Source of the DNA: Bigelowiella natans CCMP2755
Taxonomy: Eukaryota > Protista > Cercozoa
DNA: 41,262 nt
Direction: 5' to 3'
NCBI GenBank assembly: GCA_000320545.1
Contig: ADNK01003164.1
Span: forward strand, 1-41,262
Below are positions 13,789 to 24,735 of this stretch, in pieces. The notes under the pieces were generated by a model. The model was not told the origin of the DNA, made no database searches, and saw only the letters and a program-made list of their open reading frames with translations. The translations under genes and the position numbers were made by a program. Every line of letters begins with the position of its first letter. Position 1 is the stretch's first letter.

Positions 13789-16700
13789 ATGAAGGCGTCT
13801 CCGGCAGCCCAGAGGTCGGTTGACTGTAAAGAGAGGATTCCTTCGGCAAGGAAATTCAAAAAATCTTCAACCTCGTTTGGGAAAATGGGCCTAAGTGGAT
13901 GTACGAAGGATACGGTTCTTCCTCGAGGAAATGGCTACATCCTTATCGTTATTATGCTCACCATGCTAAGTGGTGCAACAGCTCTTATGCCTTGGGCCGC
14001 ACCGATCGTTTGGATAGTTGCGGGCATTTTCGTTTGGTAATTTCCAAAAAAGTCTCTTGACATAAGCCTTTGTTAAGCCTCAGTTATTTCTCCTACAGGA
14101 TCACCGAGATTAAAGGTGAAGCACGAGATCACCTGAGCTGGCAACCGTTGAAAGAGGTCTAAAATGATATTTAGAACAAAAAATGGCTTTATTGAGTTGT
14201 TTTTACATCAGATGGAAGACTCCACAGAGGTCAAAGTTCCATTTAAGGCAATGCTGCTCAGCGTTCTTGCTGCTGGTTTCGTTGGGGTCGTGAGCTGGTT
14301 GCGTCCTCTTTACAATATGGTACGTAGCTGATGTGTAAAAATTAAATACAAAGAATGTAAATACAAAGAATGTAAATAAATTGAATCGTATGGCATGTAA
14401 TTAGGCACAAGCAAGAGATTTGCATTCTCTCATGGCGATGTTAACCACGAAGATTCAGAATTTCAGCTGGAATTCTCCAAATGTACCGTTTACGAGTATG
14501 GAGTTTGCATTTGGAATTCATGGGTTATGTGCAGCCTTGCTTTTGATCAGCAGTGTTGTTATGCACAAGAGAAGTAAACCCAGCTGGCATAGCTCTGTCT
14601 GCTTTATTCACAATACTAGTATGTGCCTTTTCTCTTCGGTGATGTTGGTGTTGCTAATTGTCGGAGCTGTGGGAGAGAACAGATTTACCTCTATCGACTC
14701 ATTTTTATGTCATCGCCCTCATGGAGAGCCTTCTGGACTGATATCCTTCACGATGTACATGTTTTACCTAACCAAAATCATGGAGTTGTTCGATACGTTC
14801 CTCACAGTTCTTGCTAAACGACCCATCTGGTGGTTGCACATCATCCACCATTTTAGCACTGCATCTATGGTTTTGCATGCAAACGGGAGCAACCATTCTT
14901 TGGATATCCTCTGCGCTGGATTAAATTGTTTTTGTCATATCGCAATATATCTATATCTTGCGAAACCGTGCAAAACACTCCGTTGGCCAATTACCTTCCT
15001 GCAAATTGTGCAGTTCACAATTGTCTTGGGATGTTCAGCGTACCTGATGTATCAGAGATATATTGGGACTCCTTGCGATGGAACCCAAGCTTCTGAGTGG
15101 CATTGTATTATAATGTACTTCGTATACCTTGGCTTGTTTGCGAACTTCTTCATTCAGAATTATGTCATGAAACAGAGGAAGGACATTCGTGCTGGTCCTG
15201 GTGCAGGCATGATCGCAAAAACAGTGCTGTGTGCATTAGTAGGAGTTCTTTGTGTCAAAACTCTCCCTTGGTATTGCCTCCCAGTCGGAGTTCTGATTAC
15301 CTCTTCAGCAATGTCATGGCTGTATGTGATGGGTCAGAATTGCTGCGAACAAGCTCTCTTTCGATCTTCACTGGTTAATCGAGTTGTGGGAACGATAATC
15401 CTTCTACCTCTTTTGAGACCTTTCTCAGCAGTAACTGGAAACGCAGGTAGTGGAGCCCCATGGTCAACTCGTTTACTTCAAAAGTTGTACGGAATGTCCA
15501 TCTCGCACATCTTCGTCTGGACGTTCATTGGGTTATTCTTTCCAATCATGACTTACACAGTCGGCATCAGCGGTATTGTCAAATACTGGTTGTTACCATT
15601 CTTGTGGATGCACTACAAGATGGGCACATTTTCCTCAAGAGAAAGCAGACCTTCGTATATTCTGCTTTATCCAGAGTTACAAAAGTTGGTTGAAAATGAA
15701 ACTGAGCAGTTCGCCCAGGATTTACATACTCTCCGAACGGTACCAATTGACAAACTCAGTCAGGCAGTTGAGAATATATTTGGATCTAATGCGATAAAGA
15801 AAGACTCCCAGTTCGGGACAGGGATCTCTGGACCATTCGGGCAAATTGCTAGTTTCTACAACGAAGCAGCAGACATCGTCATGCGAGAAATGATCCTCTG
15901 GAAAGGATGGCGAGATCTTGTTCTGCTGGTTGCGGCTGCAGGTTTCTTTTATCTTGTCGGAAAGCATCTCTTCATGCTAGCATGTATTCCTCTTGTTCTC
16001 ACTCTCCTATTCTCACATCGATTGTTAAAGCTATTTCATTTCGTGGAGAAGGAAATCAAATCTCATTGGGATGAGTTGAATTGGCCTATGGGAATCTACA
16101 TTACGCTAGTTCACATCTGGGGAGCTGTCGGGCTTGTATACATGTTCAGCGCCCAATGGCAGACGCTTGTATGGGCATTCGTACTGTGGCCCATCTCAGG
16201 TCTTGGAATTACGGCTGGAGCACACCGTTTGTGGTCACATAGGTCATTCAAGGCTGGGCTGCCACTTCGTGTCTTCTTGATGCTCTGCCAATCGTGTGCC
16301 AATCAAGGTTCCATTCTGCACTGGTCAAGAGACCACCGAGTACATCACAAACACTCTGAAACTCCGGCGGATCCTCACAACGCACTCCGTGGGTTCTTTT
16401 TCGCTCATATGGGCTGGCTGTATGTGAAGAAAGATAAGCGAATTGCAGAAGCTGGTAAGAAGATCAACTTTCAGGATCTCTACAATGACCCAGTAGTGAT
16501 GATCCAGAAGCGGTTGGACCCGTGGTTTGCACTCTTTATGTGTTTCTTGATGCCAGGAATTGTTGCAAATAAGTGTTGGGGAGAAAGCTTTTGGACCGGA
16601 ATGTGGGTTGCCGGAGCACTTCGATACGTCGTAGTTCTGCACTTTACGTGGTTAGTGAACAGTGCTGCACACTTGTGGGGTACCCGACCTTACGACCCCA

Positions 16701-17002
16701 AATCCAATCCTGCGGAGAACCGATGGGTATCGATCGCAGCCATTGGAGAGGGATGGCACAATTGGCACCATGCATTCCCTTTCGACTATGCAGCAAGTGA
16801 ACTCGGTATATCAAAGCAGTGGAACCCCACTAAGTTATTTTTGGATGTATGTATGAGCCTGGGATTAGCTTGGGATCCGAAGAGGGCGACCGGCTTATGG
16901 AAGCTGCGACAAGAAAAAGAGAATCAATGGAAACGGAGGTTGTCGGACCGGCTTTATTCAAGCGTAGGCAAATTGTCCGCAATTAGACCAGACTCATCAT
17001 AA
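13789..17002 (+). CDS. Tripartite fatty-acid enzyme fusion: N-terminal hydrophobic extension + ELO/GNS1-SUR4 elongase + degenerate FAD6-like domain + delta-9 (stearoyl-CoA-type) desaturase, ~1003 aa
   Basis: Exons 13789-14036, 14099-14156, 14212-14319 and 14405-17002 join in frame through GT-AG introns of 62, 55 and 85 nt. ELO motifs: KIMELFDT, LHIIHH, NCFCHIAIYLY, TFLQIVQF. Delta-9 motifs: GITAGAHRLWSH, DHRVHHK, DPHNALRGFFFAHMGW, VNSAAH, GEGWHNWHH. The start ATG is the least certain element. Confidence 0.92.
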
Positions 17003-17579
17003 ATTAACGAGAAATAATGAAATTGGTCAATCCAGGATTAAGTGCCTGTGGTGGGTATTGCAATTCACGCCAGTCCCTAACACAACAGCTCATACATATG
17101 ATTAGAATATGCATAGTGGTGCGGTCATACATGATATTAAACGATTTAAGGGAAATCTTAATTTAGAAGAATAAGCACACAAATATGACTAGTCTAAAGC
17201 GGCAAACGCATCGTGTTAGCATTAGTTTCAACATCGTACCTTTCCTTTCAACACCGCACCTTTCCATGAAGGAACACTGCTATGTGTCACGTATGAAACG
17301 GATGTAGTGACGTGATTAAATCTTTTCAATAGTCATCCTAATGTAGCTGTGCAAAGCTAAAAGGCAGCGGTACGGTGCTCATGCTGTGTCTATTTGTTTC
17401 TGCCACTGTGTGCCTCATGCAAGCAAATGCATCCACGCTCCAGCGCTCTGTCGTCGTCGATGTCGCGCAGCGGTGCGTGCTTCTCTTTCAGCTCTACAAT
17501 AGTGCTGTTATCAGTTGTTTGGTGGTTGTCACTGCTGCTATCGTATCCAAGCGCTAGTAGCCTGATCTCTAGATCCGCA

Positions 17580-18000
17580 TGATGGCAGTTCATTGGTTTC
17601 GCAGTCTCAATTGCTGGTCGTGAGCATGCCACGCTAGCACAGTATGCGTCACATTGACTAGTTGAAGGAAATGGTTCATCGCCATGTCTTTCACATCTCC
17701 TGCCATGCTACGATTCTGCGCCACTGCTGCATTGTGATCAATGACCATTGAAAACGTTCGACTGCTTCATCACATCCTCCTGTTCACGACGTGCACCACA
17801 CGTGTCTAGGTGTGTCCTAGCTTGCCAATGTCACACGTGCTAGCGTCTGCTTCTTCAACATTGGTCCACGGGACAACTAGACAACGCGAAGCTTCCGGCG
17901 AGATTGCCCAAGCTGTCACAACGCCACGCACACATGCACATCGTGTTGCGTTGTCCATGATTGGCGTATTGCACAATGATCACAGCACTAGAGCATGATG
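17580..18000. other. TpA-depleted block B (weaker depletion from ~17380)
   Basis: Hand count for 17580-18000: about 10 TA, 7 of them in CTAG; rich in TGCA and CACGTG. Confidence 0.75.
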
Positions 18001-18318
18001 ACGGCGTAGGTCGCTACCTGTGCGCGGATTGAACTCGAAAAATGGGAAATTGATTTTAGCGCACGTGAATTCCTACACAAATTCGACGTTCGATGATGCA
18101 TGATGTCCATGATGAACTAGATAAAGTCTAGAGGCCTCAACTTTGCACAGCTCACGCTGGTTCATTGATTTACCCCAATTTAACTGTCGAGCTTTGCAGT
18201 CGTTGGTCGTTAGTCGTTAGTCGTTAGTCTTGACTGTGGCATGAGGTGAAGGGCAAGTCATTACAGTGCCTACGCAGTGATAAGTAAACATAATTTCAAA
18301 CATTTGCACCGTTGGTGC

Positions 18319-19728
18319 TCATTGACGACACGCTTCAGGGAGACACGCTCCCCGCTTTGACTTCACGCCTTTTAAGGAATTGATTCCAGCTTTTATTTGA
18401 CACATTCTCCGCTTGTAATCAAGTTCCCATTTGTATGGATCGGAATAACTATCAAAACCCTTTCCAGTGAGAGCCCCTTTTTTGCATTTTTCATACACGG
18501 TGTTGTCCCCAGATTCCTGCATTGCGCTCCACATCGTAATGGATGTCTTACTTTTGAGAAGATCTTCAACCGTGGCTGATTGATGTCTTCTGTTGTCAAC
18601 CCATCCGTGAATGATTTGGTATGGGCCATCCTTCTCTATAATTGCTTTGACCTGGTGAAACTGACATGGAGGAAAGATAGGAGCTATTAGAATTAATCAC
18701 AAGCAATTCCAATAAGAGTTTGACTATATTTACGACAAATGGTCGTTCATCCTATTCACCACGCATACCACCTTAGCTCTTCCTCCAAACTCGACATCCT
18801 CTGCGTAGCAAGGGAAGAAATTTTCGTCGAAAATACCTATCTTGGCCACTGCATGTGCCGTCACCGCGAAGTTTGACCAGGGTTGATATTGATCATCGAT
18901 GAAACCGAACCAATGCAATCCAGCGTTACCGGTGATGATGTGTGTATTGACCGATTCTGCTATGTTTCCCAACACACCGGGAGGATATGCAACATCATGA
19001 CTAGCGCACAGCCACCATAGGGCATCCATACTCTGATATATCACCTCATTGACTCCGAAGGAGAATCCCATATTCAGAGGATATTGATTTATCACCAACT
19101 CATCGCAGATTATGTTGTCATACCCGCCATTCACTAAAGCACGAATGACTGTGTGTGCCTCACGGGAGAAGTTTCCGAACCATGTTACCACCAAGACACC
19201 GACGGGCGTGTCTATGCTTTGCAAAAATCTATCTACGTACCTCGTCGTCTTGTCATCACGATATACGGTGATCCCAAGCACAGGAACCTTTCGAAGGTTA
19301 GCGGGAATGTATTGCTGCGACTTTTCCAAACGTACCCTAGATGCATTGACCGCTCTACGATGCCATGCCGTTCGAGCCAGAGCAAAATTTTGAAACCACA
19401 TTTCGTCAAGGTTTTCATAACCCTTGTCCGAAAGTGGATTCCCCATCCTCTCTTCGTAGTTGCTATAGAATCTAGAAAAATCTACAGACCTTGATCGTGC
19501 ATAGTCTTCGGTTTGCTGTATGGACTGTATGTCCATTCTTGAGCCCGTTGGTCCTGTGGGAACTGGGTGCTGAATTGAAGAATCTGAGAGAGGGCGCTGA
19601 GCAATTGGAACAGTGGCGACATCCTTCATGTGAGGGAGGGCATCAACTTCTTTTGTTTGAACGAGTGTGCCAAAGATTGTGATTCCCAAAAGCAAAGCCG
19701 CAATCATCAAGTAGACTTTCACATGCAT
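18319..19728 (-). CDS. Type II membrane GT-A glycosyltransferase (GT2-like; resembles trypanosomatid LPG1-type beta-galactofuranosyltransferases)
   Basis: Exon 1 (19728-18769) carries an N-terminal TM segment (VYLMIAALLLGITIFGTLV) and the motifs RFLQSIDTPV, NMGFSFGVN, WWLCASHDVAYPPGVL and IGIFDENFFPCYAEDVEF..R. After a GT-AG intron, exon 2 (18660-18319) continues in frame, includes WELDYKRRMCQI and ends at TGA. An upstream in-frame ATG exists at 19785. Confidence 0.82.
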
Positions 19729-19929
19729 GTCCAAGCTGTGTTTGATCAAAGGTCCAATGGAAGAAAGCACGGAGTGCTTGCACATTCGAGAAAAGCCCTA
19801 ACTTGAGCACGGTGTTTTGTGGGTACGACAACCACAATATCAAGTCTCACCGGGAGGAACAGGTGCCTTTTTCATCATTGTCTTCTTTTCGGCCAAAAAG
19901 GAAGGAAGATCCTCCAATGTTTAGTTCGT

Positions 19930-21830
19930 GCCAATTTGCACGAACCCCGCTAGCTTGACAGCTAGTCAGTCCTCACTGAAGCCAGTTTGTTCGAGGCACT
20001 GCATTTCGCACATTGCAAGTGTCATGTCACACTTTGGAGATGTAGTTTTTCATCATTGTTCATTGTTCATTGTTCATTGCCGAGCCCAACACAGCCACCT
20101 AGCCGTGCCAGCATGCCAGCAGCCATGGCCGGCGGGTGTGAAAACAAACTCTCAAAGATTTCAGGGGTGTCCCTGTCCGAAGAGCAAGAGATCTGCTCTG
20201 TGAGGTTGTGATCAAAAAGTCGGCTGAGAGGAACAAGATGGAAGGCAATCCTCCACGACTTGCCAGCGTCGTGTTGCATGCATCGCACCCACGTTGCACT
20301 TGTTGTTGCGTTGCTTGGAATGCAAGTCTGGAAGTGGCTGCGGTCAGGTGAGCAGCAGTTTCATCATTTCAATCAAATCTTGATTGCGTGCATCAAGGGA
20401 TTGATTGATTGACTGACTGACAGACCTTCCGAGAGAAGGTCTGCACGTTGCTAGCGTTGCATGGCTCTCACTGGCTCACACCCTGTCGTGGCCTGGCCTT
20501 CTGGCCTTGCTGTGTTGCACGTGGGCGTTTTGCACTGCGATGTTCGGCGTCATGGGGGTGTGACAACCCCCGCCTTGTCGTAGGTGACTTTCGCCCGTGG
20601 CCCTCTGTTGCGCCACACAATGCCAGAACGTTGTTGACAGGAAGCACGGCACGTGCTTGTTCCCATCACAGCACGCACACGCGCCGCTCGTTGCAGCCAT
20701 GTGGCATGCACGTGCGTGCGTGCAATGTGTGTGCGCATCCTCGCGCACACCTCATCGAAGCTGGACAAGTCCAGAAGTCACGCTGATCGCGAAGGACAGC
20801 TGCATGCTGCAAGCTGGCAAGCACGCACTGCCGCGCCGTGCTGGCTGGCCAGCGTGTGACACACCAATCCACACGTGCGTGTGCTGAGGGCGCGTCAGGT
20901 TTTCAAGCACATTGGACGAAAGAGTGATGACAATGGGCTGTGCAATCACGTGCAGCACGCACTGTCACAATTCCGTCAAACCTGCAACGAGTGGCATGAC
21001 CTCTCAATTGAGAGCAATTTTTGCGTTTTTGTGCTGAACAAATTTTGCAAGCATGCAAAGCTGGTGTGCGCACACCCTCATGAGCTCACAAAACTTGTGG
21101 CACAGCAAGTGCAACTGCGCTAGCTGTTTCAGAAGTCCAGAAGTGGCAAGCATTTTCCGCTGGCAGGCGTTGAAAAATGAGATTTTGAAGCTGGTGTTCG
21201 AAAAAAAAAATCAAAATTGAACTTCAAACAGGCTCCAGTGTGCTTCCAATGTCCAATTGCAACGATTGAGCGCGCCAGGCCGCGCGCGCAAAGCATGGTT
21301 TGTGCAAAACCCAGTCGTTGCAGGGTTTGACGGAGTTGTGGTGCCTGCTAGCCTGTCTAGCTGTGTGTGTGTGTGTGTGTGCGTGCGTCGTGCGCACGCA
21401 CGCACCGTTCTAGCTTTGTCCGCTTTCGATTTTGCTCATTTCTAGATTTCAACAGGGCTCAAACGGTACCACTTTGCTCCGAAACTGCACTTTGTGCAGT
21501 GACCATCACTGCATGCAATGAGACTGTGTGCGATCTGTCCAGTGTCGTGTTCACAATCAAGCAGTGCATCGCATGCGATGATGATGAGGCCTGCAAAACA
21601 CATCACAACAATGGACGTGTCTACACTGAAGCACGCACACATGGCATCGCACATGACTAGATGACGTGCTGCAGACAAGTCCTAGAGATCAATGGCCCTG
21701 CTTGCCTGCTGCGCCTGTCCCACTGATGACACCTTGCTCATTGTGCAACGTGTGGTCGCGCCTCTCGCAATGGCACAATGCCATGTCTCCAGTGAATGAA
21801 CACAGTTCATTATTCATGAGCACTCCAGCA
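19930..21830. other. TpA-erased block C
   Basis: Hand count: 15 TA in ~1900 nt, 11 in CTAG. Three of the remaining four are GTAG or CTAC. Confidence 0.92.
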
Positions 21831-22040
21831 GTAAAGCAGTGCTTGTAAATTGTTGTTTATCAAATTTGTTCACTCGTTACAAATGTCGAGTGGTCTCCGC
21901 AACTTTGTGTCCACACTTGCCACTTTGTTTTTGAAAACGATTTTTTATTCATTGAAGTGGCTGACAAATACTAGCTAGATTTGTCTCATCATTACTTAAA
22001 GGATACAATTTTGTTAATAAATATAGTTCTGATGCATTAA

Positions 22041-22328
22041 CTAATCGAGGAAGTACTCTGGCAAGCCTGTACATTCCATGATGCGAGGGATACACTTTTT
22101 AGTGTAGCAATTCACGCAGGAGTTACTTTTGTAATTCATACTGCATTGTACAGGACACTTACGGAAAATACAGACACCGAAGTCTGCGAAACAGCGGCTG
22201 CAGTCCAAGCTCAGCTTTAGTTCCGTATGCGAACAGTTTTGCGTGCAACTCACAAACAGCTAAGAACACGTGGTAAAAATGGTGATTATGATGATAGTTG
22301 TAGGATATGATGGTCACAGTTTAATTAA

Positions 22329-22362
<34 letters not shown>

Positions 22363-23324
22363 TTGCGTGTGTGCGTACAACTTTATATATATCGTGTAGT
22401 GATATGATCATCATCGTCATCATCATCATGGATTGCAATGTAATTCTTCTCTTAAGAATAAATACCTGTTCCCCATTCCAATACTGCGGCGCACAATCGT
22501 ATATGCAATTTGCGACGGAATCAATGATATTTGGATTTGCCTGAGAATGTTATACTACTATCATTTGTTGAACAACAAATCGATAACGCGATATGATAAG
22601 TATTATCATAGTTCTTGCTACGATACATTAGGTATGACGAGGATGATATTACGGTAGTAGTAGTAGTAGTACATACACTATGATGAAACAATGGTACTAC
22701 TCACTCACTCACTCACTCACTCACTAACCTTTCCGCTGGTGAGATCATCTCGATTCGTGCAAGCTCCTGTAGCCTTTCATAAAGCAAGATCAACCGTTTA
22801 TAATTATTACTCTGTTGTTCTGTGACGTGTTGTGTAACATTAATTCCATCTTTACTACTGTAAATAGAGACGGATGGATGATGGGACAGTACTAGCTCGC
22901 AGCTGCTTGCTGCAGCTGTAAGATTGAGAATAATGCTACAGGTAAGATTGGGAATGATGCTGCCACCCCTCTCGCTCCAAGGAGAAGAAGGTACAATGTT
23001 TTGACAAAACAGGACGTAATATCGTCAATTATGACAACATCCTTCATCCTCTTGTCGTTTCCTACATCTCTAGAATTTGTCGTATATTACCTTGGTAGTG
23101 ATATTCAATACGGGGGTGTACGCGCTGCAACTATATTATTGCATAATAGGGTCAATTCAAGCAGCAAATAACAAACAACAAATTAATATTTAGATGTGGT
23201 ATGGAAATACCATTTACCCTTCACACACATTATACCATTCATTCTAGGTAGGCATAGTAGTAGTAGTAGTAGTATTAGTAGTAGATGTTGTAGTAGTAGT
23301 AGTAGTAGTCAGTCTAGATAGGCA

Positions 23325-23360
<36 letters not shown>

Positions 23361-24333
23361 TACGAAGTTGTAAAGGAAGAAATTTCCTTGTAGTTAAGGG
23401 AGGGAAATTAAGGAAAATAATGATCTTCCAGAAACAGCAATAACTAACATAATTATTATTCTTGATCCCAATGAACTTATTACCCATTTACTACTTTATT
23501 GATATACTAAAATATACAAATAATACCCAGCTCCATTGCACGCTCTTACACGGAAGCTATATGGAACCTGGTCGATGACAGGAAGAGGTGTAGGAGGAGG
23601 AGGAGGGCATGTTAATGAATAAAAAGAAGAAGAATAAAGACTTGTTCCATTATTACAGAGAAAGAAGAAAAATGCCAATCGATAATGAATTATCATCACG
23701 GAAATATGATGATATATTACAAAAACAAATGGAGAAATATCTATATTCCACAATTATGAATCAATATCCTGTAGAAAGTAGTACCGCTGGAAGGAGTTTC
23801 TCTGCTCGGGCAGTCATCTCCTTGCCTGGAATTATCATGCAATTGGAGGAGGAGTACTTCTCATTCAATCATGTAAGCAGAAACATGCTTCTATCACCTG
23901 ATCTTCTTAACTATAACATCATATCACCACAATCTTATCCAATGCTTCTTAAACTTCTTCTACTACCTCTTCTTCTTCTACTTCTTCTTCTACAACTGCT
24001 ACTACTGCTACTTGTACTACTACAACTGCTACCACACCTGTGTAGAAATTTGCGAATGGTTTATCTGAGAACAGGAGAGGTAAAAGACGAAGAAGAAGAA
24101 GAAGAAAAAGAAGAAGAAGAAGAAGAAGAAGAAGAAGAAGAAGGAGAAGCAGTACAAAGAGTATTGAGGGGGAGGAGGTGGAGGAGGGGGGGGGGAAGAG
24201 GAAAGGAAAGTGATCAGATGTAATTGTTTGTGTTTGTGATGGGAGGGGATGAAAAGCTTGAATAAGAGCGAGTAAGATAGAGAGGGGTAAGGTGGAGGGG
24301 AGGAGGAGGAGGGAGGTGGGCTGGCCAAACCGA

Positions 24334-24365
<32 letters not shown>

Positions 24366-24615
24366 CCCAATAACATCAATATGATCCTTTGTTCGCTTTT
24401 ACCTGTATACCAATCGTCTCGTTCCGCTTCATAGGTGTTAACCTCACTATCCTCAGGCGCACTCCAAGATATATCTATGCTATAGCTATAAAAATAGGTG
24501 GTATTATCGTTGGGGAGGGGTAGAGAGATAATCATTAGGCACAAAAATGAATCAGAAATATATACACCAGATATTATGATGTGTGTGAGAACATCCTGAC
24601 CAAGATAACTTAATC

Positions 24616-24647
<32 letters not shown>

Positions 24648-24700
24648 TTTATGTTCCTAAGATTGATTTGATGTGACGAGATACTACTACTAGTAATAGT

Positions 24701-24735
<35 letters not shown>

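Noticed and set aside
14343-14378. 15-bp tandem duplication (taaatacaaagaatg) in intron 3 of the fusion gene
   Set aside because: Ordinary replication slippage, with no sign of function.
11790-21830. Calling the TA-erased blocks transposons or copies of one another
   Set aside because: No transposase or RT remnants, no target-site duplication, and no convincing block-to-block alignment by eye beyond the 16-17-nt inverted motif.
19928-21848. Dense overlapping Cys/His/Ala/Arg-rich ORFs in all frames (also 11845-12861 and 40429-41060)
   Set aside because: This is the expected by-product of TpA loss removing TAA/TAG stop codons; no recognisable domain.
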